Positions 55,006 through 64,000 of a DNA stretch of 64,000 nt are shown piece by piece. The position numbers were made by a program, and so were the translations under genes. Numbering within the stretch: the first letter of the stretch is position 1; the number at the start of each line of letters is the position of its first letter. The DNA is from Candidatus Bathyarchaeota archaeon (GTDB lineage Archaea > Thermoproteota > Bathyarchaeia > Bathyarchaeales > Bathycorpusculaceae): positions 1,760,001 to 1,824,000 of the forward strand of contig OY970280.1 in NCBI GenBank assembly GCA_963715865.1. The letters are read 5' to 3'. The notes beneath the pieces were generated by a model. It saw only the letters and a list, made by a program, of their open reading frames with translations. It was not told where the DNA came from and ran no database searches.

Positions 55006-55817
55006 AAACAGTAGCCTTCCAAGGCGAACGAGGCGCTTACAGCGAAAACGCCGTCTTCCAGTTCTTCGGGTTCGACACACAGGTTAAACCCTGTAAAGAC
55101 TTCAAGGACGTTTTTGACAGCGTTTGCACGCAGGAAACAAAGTTCGGCGTAGTGCCCGTCGAGAACAGCTTAGAGGGCAGCATCACCCAGAACTACGACC
55201 TCTTTCTCAAGTACGATTTGAAAGTATGCGCTGAAGTCATAGTGAAAGTTGAACACTGCCTCATCGCAAACCCCGGCACAGCGTTGGAAGACATCAAAGT
55301 TGTTTATTCGCATCCGCAGGCGCTGGGACAATGCCGAAGCTTCCTTGAGGAGTTCGGACGCGAACTCATATCAACATATGACACCGCAGGCAGCGTTAAA
55401 ATGATAAAAGAAAAAAGCCTAAAAAACGCAGCGGCAATCGCCAGCGAAAGAGCAGCAAACATCTACGGCATGCACATCCTCGCCAAAGACATCGCAGACA
55501 ACCCCGAAAACTACACCCGCTTCTTCGTCCTATCCACACAAGACTCGGCGCCAACAGGCAAAGACAAAACCAGCATAATCTTCTCAGCCAAACATGAGCC
55601 AGGCTCACTTTACCATGCGCTGGGAGAATTTGCTAAGCGAAACATTAACTTGACTAAAATCGAATCAAGACCTACAAAGAAGACGCCTTGGGAATACAAT
55701 TTTTGCCTCGATTTTGAAGGACATAGAACCGAACCTCGCTGCGCAGAAGCACTAAAAGCATTAGAGAAATATGCTATTTTCGTTAGGATATTGGGTTCTT
55801 ACCCTAAAGCCGCTTAA
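55002..55817 (+). CDS. pheA: Prephenate dehydratase
   Basis: QGERGAYS, PVENSLEG, SHPQALGQC, NYTRF and LTKIESRP. Confidence 0.96.
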   Translation: MKTVAFQGERGAYSENAVFQFFGFDTQVKPCKDFKDVFDSVCTQETKFGVVPVENSLEGSITQNYDLFLKYDLKVCAEVIVKVEHCLIANPGTALEDIKVVYSHPQALGQCRSFLEEFGRELISTYDTAGSVKMIKEKSLKNAAAIASERAANIYGMHILAKDIADNPENYTRFFVLSTQDSAPTGKDKTSIIFSAKHEPGSLYHALGEFAKRNINLTKIESRPTKKTPWEYNFCLDFEGHRTEPRCAEALKALEKYAIFVRILGSYPKAA

Positions 55818-55822
55818 CCACA

Positions 55823-56698
55823 TCAGCTTTCAGTTGATTCTAACATTTTATACATAACTTCATACGACTTAGCAAAGTCACTATCAGCTTCCATCAATTT
55901 TGCCTTCAAGCGCTCCATTCTTTTCACAATTGCTTCTGCATCATTGTTTTTAATTAGGTTCAGCCATTCCTTTGCTTTAGCCATAAACAAGTCTTCGATT
56001 TTTCCCAGTTCAGGCAAGTTCGTTTGCAGACTTGCGTAGAGGTCTGGTGTTTCCAAAGCCGTTGCTTCAGCCAAAGTGAACAACATCCTGTACGTGGTGC
56101 CAGCGACTTTTTTTGTTTCCGTAAAATCTTTCTGTTCCAGAAGCGTTTCACAAGCAACTAAGCCTAGAAAATGTGGTAAACCAAGAACAATCGACATCAT
56201 CTCGTCATGCCGTTTCGGAGACATGACAAAAACGTGCGCTTCCTCTTGCTCTAACCACTTCTTGAATTCTTCCGCAAACTTTTCCTCCTTAGCGTTTGTC
56301 GGAGTAAGAATGTAGGCTTTATGTTTGACGCCGTTGCTTCCTGGACCGAAAACTGGATGCGTGCCCAAAACTAAAGCTCCTTTTATGTACTTGTGCATGA
56401 CTTTGACAGGAGTTTCTTTGATTGAACATATATCCATAACAACTTGTCCTTGGTGAATTGCTGGGCTTATAGTTTTGACTACTTCTTCAAAAGCGTTGAT
56501 GGATACGCAAATTAAAACTTGGTCAGCGTCAGTAACTGCTTCCTTGAAATCGGCAGTCATCTTAACTTGTAATTCTTTTTTCAAATTGGTTATTCTTTCT
56601 TTTTTCCTGTCAGCAACTACAACATCGTAGCCTTTTGAATGGAAAAATTTAGCGAACCATACTCCCATTTTTCCAGCGCCGATTATGGCGATTCTCAT
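55823..56698 (-). CDS. tyrA: Prephenate/arogenate dehydrogenase
   Basis: GAGKMG, DICSIK, THPVFGP and HDEMMS. Confidence 0.93.
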   Translation of the reverse strand: MRIAIIGAGKMGVWFAKFFHSKGYDVVVADRKKERITNLKKELQVKMTADFKEAVTDADQVLICVSINAFEEVVKTISPAIHQGQVVMDICSIKETPVKVMHKYIKGALVLGTHPVFGPGSNGVKHKAYILTPTNAKEEKFAEEFKKWLEQEEAHVFVMSPKRHDEMMSIVLGLPHFLGLVACETLLEQKDFTETKKVAGTTYRMLFTLAEATALETPDLYASLQTNLPELGKIEDLFMAKAKEWLNLIKNNDAEAIVKRMERLKAKLMEADSDFAKSYEVMYKMLESTES

Positions 56699-57774
56699 TC
56701 AAGCGCCTCGCTTATTATGTCTAATGCGGTTTCTATTTCCTCTCTGGGCGCAGTTAAGGAGATTCTGAAGTGCTCTCTGTAATCACCGAACGCTGTGCCT
56801 GGAGCTACTGCTACGCCTTTGTCCAGCAAGTCTAAGGTGAATTTTTCCGAGTTTAAGCCTGGCCGCTTGGGGAAAACGTAAAATGGTGCTTCGGGTTTTG
56901 TGAATGAGAACCCTGCTTTGGCTAAGGTTTTGCTTGCCATTTTTGCTCGTTCTTCGTATTCTTCTTTTATTTTTGTTGAGAGTTGCTTTTGCATTTCCAG
57001 CGCTTTTAGTGCCGCTTCTTGTATGAATACTGGAACGTTGTTGATGGTGATTTGGTTAAGTTTTGTTATGTTGTCTATTAACTCCTTGTTCGCTATGAGG
57101 TAGCCGATTCGCCAACCTGTCATGGTAAATGTCTTGGAGAAACCGTTGGAGAGAATATGGTTGCGGTTGCCGTTATACTCTAGGATACTTTTTGTTTTAA
57201 CGAAACTGATTGTTCCGTAGATTTCGTCTGAGAGGATAGTGACGCCTTTCTTGTTGGCTATTTCCACTATGCCGTCAAGGGTTTCAGCATCCATGACTTT
57301 GCTTGTAGGATTATTAGGGTTGTTCAAAATTATCATTCGCGTGTCCTTATCGATTAGGCTTTCAAGTTTATCAAGATCGACTTTCCAATCGTTTTCCATC
57401 TCAGTTCTTAACAGTTTAGTCTGAGCACCAAGCGTTTTAGCTATTAACTCGTAAGCGGTCCAGTAAGGCGTGGGGATAATGACATTTCCTCCACCCTTCA
57501 GCATAAGGAACATGGTGGCGAATATGCCCCATTTTGAACCAGGCGTTATAACTACGTTTTCAGCTTTAACTCCATGGAGTTCAGCGAGCTTTTCTCTAAG
57601 TTTGTTCTCACCGTAGGATGAAGAATACTTTGTTTTGCCCGCCTTCATTGCCGCGTACGCAGCTTCAACTATCTCATTAGGCGTAGCTAAGTCTGGGTCG
57701 CCTAGGTTTAAGCGTATTATTTTTTTACCTTCGCTTTCAAGCTTTAGGGCTTTCTCGTTTATTTCGTAGAGCAC
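56695..57774 (-). CDS. Class I/II PLP aminotransferase (aspartate/aromatic)
   Basis: LNLGDPD, NNPNNPT, SDEIY and SKTFTMTGWRIG. Confidence 0.92.
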   Translation of the reverse strand: MLYEINEKALKLESEGKKIIRLNLGDPDLATPNEIVEAAYAAMKAGKTKYSSSYGENKLREKLAELHGVKAENVVITPGSKWGIFATMFLMLKGGGNVIIPTPYWTAYELIAKTLGAQTKLLRTEMENDWKVDLDKLESLIDKDTRMIILNNPNNPTSKVMDAETLDGIVEIANKKGVTILSDEIYGTISFVKTKSILEYNGNRNHILSNGFSKTFTMTGWRIGYLIANKELIDNITKLNQITINNVPVFIQEAALKALEMQKQLSTKIKEEYEERAKMASKTLAKAGFSFTKPEAPFYVFPKRPGLNSEKFTLDLLDKGVAVAPGTAFGDYREHFRISLTAPREEIETALDIISEALE

Positions 57775-57803
57775 AGGTATTAACTCTCCGTTGAGAGGTC
57801 TTT

Positions 57804-58064
57804 TTACTCTTGAACAGCACTACACATATTAACTATTTCGCGGTAAACCGCTTCAACTTGAAGGGGATCAAGATGAAATTGGACTGCCTTTTCTTTGACA
57901 TGTTTGTAGAGTTCATTTTCTCTGGGCGCGTCTCTTATTTGCATTCCTTGCTTTTTCTTAGCTAAGCCAATAGCCCTGCATATTTTGGCTCTTTCACTGA
58001 GTGCATTTAGGATTTGTTCGTCGACTTCGTCCACTCTTTTTCGAAGCTGTTGGATGTCATCCAT
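57804..58064 (-). CDS. Chorismate mutase (AroQ type), monofunctional
   Basis: LRKRVDEVDEQI...ERAK...IG..K...D..RE pattern; 86 aa. Confidence 0.9.
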   Translation of the reverse strand: MDDIQQLRKRVDEVDEQILNALSERAKICRAIGLAKKKQGMQIRDAPRENELYKHVKEKAVQFHLDPLQVEAVYREIVNMCSAVQE

Positions 58065-59170
58065 TATTTTTGTCTCTCCAAAACTTTCGGTATTAAACCA
58101 GCGCGAATCATATGGTCAGCTAAGGTTATGGCGACCGCAGATTCAACAGCGGGCACGGCTTTTGGGACCACGCACGGGTCATGTCTGCCCTTAATGCTTA
58201 GACTCGCGTTTTCCATCGTAGACAGGTTAACGGTCTTCTGCTCTTTACCAATGGAAGGTGTTGGTTTTATTGCTACCCGTATCATGATTGGCATGCCAGT
58301 GGATAATCCGCCCAAGATTCCGCCCATATTATCCGTTATTGTTGCAACCTTTCCGCTTTGCATAATGTAGGGGTCGTTGCTTTCTGAGCCCTTTAACTCT
58401 GCAACTCTAAAGCCCAAGCCAAACTCAACCCCTTTCACAGCGGGAACATTAAACAGTGCCTTCGCTAAATCGGCATCAAGCGAATCAAACAATGGCTCTC
58501 CAACTCCTACTGGAACGTTTACGGCGATGCATTCAACTACTCCGCCAAGGCTGTCGCCTTCTTTTCTCGCAGTGACTATGGCTTCTTCCATTCTTTCTGC
58601 ACAGGCTAAGTCTGGGCAGCGCGTAGCCGCTGTGTACCTGTTCTTGCGGATTTCCTCAGCACTAAACTTTTTATCAGCTTTAACTTTGCCAACAGCCCTT
58701 GTGTAAGCTAAAACGTCAACGCCGAATCTGCTTAGCAATTTTTTGGCTACTGCACCAGCCATGATAAGTGCCACTGTGACTCTGCCTGAGAAGCGCCCGC
58801 CGCCACGATAATCATTAAAGCCACAATACTTCACACGCGCAGGATAATCAGCATGAGACGGGCGGGGCAGATCTTTGATTGCCTCGTAGTCACTTGAGTC
58901 AATTTCCTTGTTCTCAACTATCAAGGCTATTGGAGCGCCAGTTGTAAAACCGTTAAAAATTCCTGAGAGAATTTTGGCAACGTCTTTTTCGATTCTTTCA
59001 GAAACAATTTTTGGCTGTGCTGGAATTCGCCTATCTAGTTCCACTTGGATGTCTGCTTCAGAAAGGGGCAATCCCGCAGGGCAACCATCTACTACAACGC
59101 CGACGTATTTGCCGTGGCTTTCGCCGAAAGTGGTTATTGTGAATTCTTTACCTATCGAATTTCCCGCCAA
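58064..59170 (-). CDS. aroC: Chorismate synthase
   Basis: FGESHG, PRPSHAD, GGRFSGR, KPTPSI and GRHDPC. Confidence 0.97.
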   Translation of the reverse strand: MAGNSIGKEFTITTFGESHGKYVGVVVDGCPAGLPLSEADIQVELDRRIPAQPKIVSERIEKDVAKILSGIFNGFTTGAPIALIVENKEIDSSDYEAIKDLPRPSHADYPARVKYCGFNDYRGGGRFSGRVTVALIMAGAVAKKLLSRFGVDVLAYTRAVGKVKADKKFSAEEIRKNRYTAATRCPDLACAERMEEAIVTARKEGDSLGGVVECIAVNVPVGVGEPLFDSLDADLAKALFNVPAVKGVEFGLGFRVAELKGSESNDPYIMQSGKVATITDNMGGILGGLSTGMPIMIRVAIKPTPSIGKEQKTVNLSTMENASLSIKGRHDPCVVPKAVPAVESAVAITLADHMIRAGLIPKVLERQK

Positions 59171-60452
59171 CTATGTCAGCTCCTATCTGTTTTAGATGAG
59201 TGAAGAACTGTGGATAAGACTTTCTAACGCATTCTGCGTTTTGAATAGTGGTTTCTCCTTCTGCGCCTAAAGCTGCAACCGAGCAAGCCATCGCGATACG
59301 ATGGTCATTATGCGGATCAAGCACTGCACCATGCAAGGCACAGGGACCTTTCACAGTTAGACTGGTGGCGTCCATATCTATCTGGGCGCCCAGCTTTCTC
59401 AGCTCAACATAAAGCGACGACAACCTATCCGACTCTTTTAACCTGAGCCTTTGCGCACCGCTTATTCGAGAAGTGCCCTTCGCATAACATGCAAGCACTG
59501 CACAAGCTGGAACCAGATCAGGGATGTTTTTCGCGTCAACTTTAAGAGCCTCAAGTGAACTGCCTGTTCCATTGATTTCAACGCTGTTCTCGCATACTTT
59601 TCCAGCAACGCCCATTTGCTTGAGGATGCCCAGAATCGCCTTATCTCCTTGAACGCTCTCATAATCAAGATTGTTTATTTTCACTTTCGAGTTGGTTATG
59701 GCTGCGGCAGCAAGGAGAAAGGAAGCTGAAGAGAAATCACCCGGCACCCTGCAGTCACAGGGCTTATACGTTTGATTGGCTGGAATGTATATGCGCTCAA
59801 AGTTTTTTTGAATTTCAACTTTAACTCCATGCTTGGCGAGGACCTCTTGGGTCATTTTAACGTAATCTGCAGATTCTAGCGGCGTGGTAAGAATGATGTC
59901 TGTATCCTTCTTTGCTAATGGGCAAGCAAACATCAATCCAGAAATAAATTGCGAACTAACGTCGCCCGGAATAGAGGTTTTGCCTCCAAGAATGCCACCG
60001 CCCTCAACAAACATGGCATTTTTACCGCCGAGTTTTTGAGACTGCACTTTTGCACCGAGTTCTTTGAGGCTTTGAAGCAAAGGTTCGATGGGTCTGCGTT
60101 CAAGAGAACCACCAAAAACCAGGATTGAAGAATCAGGTGCCAGGGCAGCTACAGGTATCATGAAACGCAATGTAGCCCCAGATTCACCGCAGTCAATAGG
60201 CTCTTTTGCATTTTTAAGTGGCATTGCGCCTGCAACTGTCCAGCAGCCTTCCGCAGCTTTAACTTCTGCACCCAAAGCTGTGATGGCACGTAAAGTTGCT
60301 TCAGTGTCCTCGGAAAGCAGAGGGTTAGAGACTTTGCCAGCACCATTTGAAAGAGCAGCAGCAATAAGCATCCTCTGAGTGTAAGACTTCGATGGCGGCG
60401 CACAAACCTCACCGCTTAGCCTTGCGGTTTTCTTAACAATTACATCTGCCAT
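59148..60452 (-). CDS. aroA: EPSP synthase
   Basis: PPSKSYTQR, CGESGATLRF, SSQFISG, RLKESDR and NDHRIAM. Confidence 0.97.
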   Translation of the reverse strand: MADVIVKKTARLSGEVCAPPSKSYTQRMLIAAALSNGAGKVSNPLLSEDTEATLRAITALGAEVKAAEGCWTVAGAMPLKNAKEPIDCGESGATLRFMIPVAALAPDSSILVFGGSLERRPIEPLLQSLKELGAKVQSQKLGGKNAMFVEGGGILGGKTSIPGDVSSQFISGLMFACPLAKKDTDIILTTPLESADYVKMTQEVLAKHGVKVEIQKNFERIYIPANQTYKPCDCRVPGDFSSASFLLAAAAITNSKVKINNLDYESVQGDKAILGILKQMGVAGKVCENSVEINGTGSSLEALKVDAKNIPDLVPACAVLACYAKGTSRISGAQRLRLKESDRLSSLYVELRKLGAQIDMDATSLTVKGPCALHGAVLDPHNDHRIAMACSVAALGAEGETTIQNAECVRKSYPQFFTHLKQIGADIVGGKFDR

Positions 60453-60455
60453 TGG

Positions 60456-61325
60456 CTAAAGCACCTTAGCTTTCTCACGGTTCAAACGTGCCTGCAAGAT
60501 TTCGCCGTCATATCTTTTCAAAGCAGCTTTCACTGAATCAATCTTATCCTTGGACGCAACTGCTGTTACCGCTGGACCCTTGCCGCAAAGTCCAGCCGCT
60601 ACTGCTCCAGCAGCCAGCGCGTCAATCGCAATTGAAGTGTCGTATCCTGAGGCTGAGGAGTAAATCAAGCCGTTAAGCGTCAACGCCTCCCAAACCTTTC
60701 CCTCCAAAGCTTCCTTGTAGGCGATTTCAATAAGCGGTTTTACAGTTTGCAGCCTGCTCACGTTAGAGTCGGCTGTGTACGCTTTTTCTGGCGGCACATA
60801 GAACAACACTATTAAATCTTCAGCAAACGGCAACTGCTTAACTATTTCTCGGTTCAAATTATCAGTAATCACCACACCGCCAAAGTATGAAGCACAAGCA
60901 TCGTCAAAAGCGCCTGTTACAGTCACTTTCGCATCAAAAGCCGCATCTACACCCAACTTTACAATTTCCAAATCATCAAGCGTTTTACCTAACGCCGCTG
61001 TGGCTGCTAGGGCTACTGCGTTTGCTGCTGCACTGCTGCTCTTTAATCCTTTGGCGATGGGAATGTTGGACCACGTTTTCACTTTTGCACCGAAACTATT
61101 ATCCAAACTGAATCGCTGGAGAACCCTCAACACAGTTTTTTCTATTAAGGCAGTGTTTTCTTTAGGATCAGAGGTTATTTCTGCCTTGAAAACATGAGGG
61201 TCATCCGTTAATTTGACCTCTGCCTTGGTCCACAAGTCAACCCCAAAAGCCGCGCCTTTCCCGAGTGCAATGGCGTTAACAATCGTTGCCGCACCATGCG
61301 CTATTGCCACAGCTTTATCAGTCAA
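60456..61325 (-). CDS. aroK: Archaeal shikimate kinase (GHMP family)
   Basis: GAATIVNAIA, PIAKGLKSSSA, TGAFDDA and GKGPA. Confidence 0.95.
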   Translation of the reverse strand: MTDKAVAIAHGAATIVNAIALGKGAAFGVDLWTKAEVKLTDDPHVFKAEITSDPKENTALIEKTVLRVLQRFSLDNSFGAKVKTWSNIPIAKGLKSSSAAANAVALAATAALGKTLDDLEIVKLGVDAAFDAKVTVTGAFDDACASYFGGVVITDNLNREIVKQLPFAEDLIVLFYVPPEKAYTADSNVSRLQTVKPLIEIAYKEALEGKVWEALTLNGLIYSSASGYDTSIAIDALAAGAVAAGLCGKGPAVTAVASKDKIDSVKAALKRYDGEILQARLNREKAKVL

Positions 61326-61329
61326 CTTT

Positions 61330-62187
61330 CTACACCTTTAACAAGTGGTTAAGCGCTGCGTGTCTCATAACTTCAACAGGTGCAGAGTGCCCAGTCCAGA
61401 TTTCAAAGGATGCAGCACCTTGGTAAATTAACATTTCAAACCCGCTTACTACTTTGGCTCCTGCCGCTTTTGCATCCTTCGCCAACTTCGTTTCAACTGG
61501 ATTGTACACAATGTCCATTACTGCCAAATCAGGTCTCAACCATTCGAACGCTACTGGAGTTTGATTAGCGTTTGGTTTCATCCCCACTGAAGTGGCGTTA
61601 ATCAGTACATCAGAATCCTGAAGGGTATCTTTTATTGCGTTTGGCGAAAGCGCGTCTGCAACGACTTTTCTGTCGAACGTTTGTTTCAAAAGGTTAGCTA
61701 ACTCTGCTGCTTGTTTAGCTGTTCGATTCAAAATTACCAGTTCATCAGCTTCCCGCGCAAGAGTGTATGCTATGGCTCTTGCAGCGCCGCCTGCTCCAAG
61801 CAACAGCACCTTTTTGCCCCTTGGCTCAACGCCGTTCTCCCTTAAAGCTTGCAATGCTCCGACGCCGTCAGTGTTAAAGCCAAAAAGTCTTCCATCCTTG
61901 TTAAGAATAGTATTTACTGAGCCTATGGCTTTGGCGGCTTGGTCTACTTCATCTAAGTAGTTGATCACTGCACTTTTGTGTGGCATAGTGACGTTTAACC
62001 CATGAATCCCCAAAGCACGCATGCCACTCACTGCTTTTTCAACGTCAGCAACTTTAACTTTGAAGGCTAAAAAAGCAAAGTCCAATTTCAAAGCTTTAAA
62101 CGCTGCATTATGCATGATGGGACTTAGCGTGTGCTCTATTGGGTCACCGATTACTCCGCATACGCGTGTTTTTCCTGAAATAATCAA
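61330..62187 (-). CDS. aroE: Shikimate dehydrogenase
   Basis: GDPIEHTLSP, NVTMPHK, NTDG, GAGGAA, NATSVGM and DIVYNP. Confidence 0.97.
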   Translation of the reverse strand: MIISGKTRVCGVIGDPIEHTLSPIMHNAAFKALKLDFAFLAFKVKVADVEKAVSGMRALGIHGLNVTMPHKSAVINYLDEVDQAAKAIGSVNTILNKDGRLFGFNTDGVGALQALRENGVEPRGKKVLLLGAGGAARAIAYTLAREADELVILNRTAKQAAELANLLKQTFDRKVVADALSPNAIKDTLQDSDVLINATSVGMKPNANQTPVAFEWLRPDLAVMDIVYNPVETKLAKDAKAAGAKVVSGFEMLIYQGAASFEIWTGHSAPVEVMRHAALNHLLKV

Positions 62188-62871
62188 TTATTTTAGCTCC
62201 AAGAGGTCGTAAGCAGCTTTCATTTCTTGAATAGTCATTTGTCCTGCCGCGGTTTCGTTGCCCTGTTGTAGCGAAGCAAATGTGAAGAATGCACCAAACA
62301 TAGGCGAAAGAAGTCTGGAGACCTTGCCCAGTTCGCCCATACAGAAACAAACAAGTTTCGTTTTGCTTGACATGGTAGAAACAAAATTCAGTGCGATGAG
62401 GTTGTCTTCAATTTGGTTTGCTGTTGTTATGATTTTGCAGACGCTGGCTCCGCTGGCAATTTCCTGTTCCAGAACCTTTTCCATTTCAGAAATGCTTAAT
62501 GCGCCGTCAAATTTGTGGTAGGAAACGATTGGTTTAGCGCCCAATAGCTTGAGTTTATCGATTGTTTCTTTATGTTTTGGGCTTGATAGGTCAACGTCAA
62601 CATATTCAAAATCGTTCTTTGCAGCATTGAATAATGTTTGCTGCCGCTCGGTTTCAGTTCCAGCGAAATTGCCTTTTTCGCTTTGCAGTTTGTTTGTAGC
62701 GATTAAAGGAATTTTTGTGCTTTTAACAACGTCTGAAAGGTTTCTGGACGCATCAAGGCAGTCTAGCCTAACTTCGATGAGGTCTGCTTGAGCTTTTTCC
62801 GCCCTCTCAATTAGACTTAACGCTTCAGGCATGTTTTTTGGGAGAATCGAGACGCAGATTCTCGTTGTCAC
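62188..62871 (-). CDS. aroD: Type I 3-dehydroquinate dehydratase
   Basis: IEVRLD, YVDVD, IVSYH, CKI (Schiff-base Lys) and MGELGKVSR. Confidence 0.93.
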   Translation of the reverse strand: MTTRICVSILPKNMPEALSLIERAEKAQADLIEVRLDCLDASRNLSDVVKSTKIPLIATNKLQSEKGNFAGTETERQQTLFNAAKNDFEYVDVDLSSPKHKETIDKLKLLGAKPIVSYHKFDGALSISEMEKVLEQEIASGASVCKIITTANQIEDNLIALNFVSTMSSKTKLVCFCMGELGKVSRLLSPMFGAFFTFASLQQGNETAAGQMTIQEMKAAYDLLELK

Positions 62872-63908
62872 TTTTCTATCACCGTTTCTTCCGGCACGGA
62901 TACGCCGAAGTGTCTGCCTCCTTTGGCGGCTAAGTGCACTAGGACTTCGTCGTTTGGTTTTATTTCTGTAACTGGTTTTGAAGCTTTAGGTGCAACTAGG
63001 CGTATGGTTTCTGCGTTTTGGAGGATTGTTTTTATTTTTGTTTCGTCTGCTTGGGCTTCGATTAGGATTAGGGGTCGAAACTCGATTTTTGATCTTCCCA
63101 CGTTTGTTATTCGGGCTTTTCCTTCCCTGTTGATGATTAAAACTTCGTCGCCCGCTTTTAGCTCGGAGAGGTACCTGGTGTTCTGCAGCGAAGTTAATGT
63201 GTAGTGTGATGCTGCTCCAGCGTTTACACGGAATGGTCTGGATTGTACATAGGGGTTTTCGTTCACTTCAGCTTCTACTAAAAAGAAGCCTGCGGATTGG
63301 CATCCAACTAGCATTCCTTCGCCCGGAACCATTAAGTCAACGGTGTCAACGCAGACTCTGGCTCCAGTGCCAATCGGCTTAATAGATAAAATTTTAGCCG
63401 AGGTTAAACCCATTTTTGGCATTTGCTCCTTTACCACTTTGACAGCTTTCGCAAGTTCGTTCGGGTTTGAGGTTTTCAGCAGGACACCGTCTGTTCCTAG
63501 TTCTAAGGCTTCGAGAACAAGTTTCGCGTCTTCTGCGGTGGTGACTTCGGCGATTAGTTTGCTTTTGCCTCGTGTCTTTGCAATTAAATTTTCAAGGGGA
63601 ATTACTCGCCAATCAAGGCAGTTAATGATTATGTAATCAACTTGGAGTTCTGCCGCTTTGGCGGCTTTGTTCTCATCTTCTTTGCCTTGAATGCTTACTC
63701 GAAAGGCGGTTTTTTTGCTTTCATTTTTCAGTTGGGCAATTTTTTTTTCGTTTAGTTCAGTGAGGAAGGTTATGTTTAATTTGCCAGAGCGGTTGCTCGC
63801 TTGCGTATCTTCAATTATTACGTCAGCGTTTTCATGGGCGAGGCTAAGCAAATTTTCTTTTTCTTGCGGTGAAGCAGTTTGGTCTATTTCTATCCAGAGT
63901 TCCTTCAA
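62868..63908 (-). CDS. 3-dehydroquinate synthase II (archaeal AroB')
   Basis: W.VIPLENLIA, GTGARVCVDT, RPFRVNAGA, YLSELKAG and LQNAETIRL. Confidence 0.95.
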   Translation of the reverse strand: MKELWIEIDQTASPQEKENLLSLAHENADVIIEDTQASNRSGKLNITFLTELNEKKIAQLKNESKKTAFRVSIQGKEDENKAAKAAELQVDYIIINCLDWRVIPLENLIAKTRGKSKLIAEVTTAEDAKLVLEALELGTDGVLLKTSNPNELAKAVKVVKEQMPKMGLTSAKILSIKPIGTGARVCVDTVDLMVPGEGMLVGCQSAGFFLVEAEVNENPYVQSRPFRVNAGAASHYTLTSLQNTRYLSELKAGDEVLIINREGKARITNVGRSKIEFRPLILIEAQADETKIKTILQNAETIRLVAPKASKPVTEIKPNDEVLVHLAAKGGRHFGVSVPEETVIEK

Positions 63909-64000
63909 CGATGCTCACCGAGAATTTTAAGCGCTTGCTCAACGCTAACGCCACTGTGAACGATTGATGAAAGCGCTTTAACTATTAAGGTTGGATTCTC
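63905..64000 (-). CDS. 3' end of the probable 2-amino-3,7-dideoxy-D-threo-hept-6-ulosonate synthase (AroA', class I aldolase family)
   Basis: Manual translation ENPTLIVKALSSIVHSGVSVEQALKILGEHR*. The stop overlaps the TTG of AroB', the usual partner gene. Confidence 0.7.
   Translation of the reverse strand, partial: ENPTLIVKALSSIVHSGVSVEQALKILGEHR

Noticed and set aside
1-64000. tRNA, rRNA, transposase or integrase genes
   Set aside because: No cloverleaf-compatible or rRNA-like sequence was seen in the intergenic gaps, and no ORF has DDE, HUH or tyrosine/serine recombinase motifs. This was a manual scan only; tRNAscan-SE and Infernal would be decisive.

Overview
Archaeal chromosomal window. 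Gene content and surface-protein style suggest Bathyarchaeia; this is inference, not a database result. It is dominated by amino-acid biosynthesis blocks: a DUF39/NIL-ferredoxin/UPF0280 homocysteine cassette, argG-argH-carA-carB, thrB-thrC-hom-ask, a LysW pathway (lysW-X-Y-Z-J-K) with a divergent Lrp, ilvBN-leuCDBA-pheA, and the archaeal shikimate/chorismate operon. The 5' end of ftr (H4MPT C1 pathway) lies at the left edge. Accessory material lies between these blocks: two PIN toxin-antitoxin pairs, a duplicated arsC/arsR region with a P1B ATPase, surface proteins and DNA-repair-type genes. The strongest unexplained signals are four. (1) An operon pairing a membrane protein that ends in a (Cys-Ala)n tail with a PqqD/RRE-radical SAM-SPASM enzyme; both genes carry a +1 frameshift. 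(2) A Val-Leu-Ile-Leu leader ORF with alternative hairpins in front of the ilv-leu operon. (3) Three copies of a 17-bp quasi-palindrome with swapped arms that bound gene-cassette-sized segments. (4) Apparent ATA/ACG starts in argG, argH and lysW. No rRNA, tRNA, CRISPR array, transposase or integrase was recognised.
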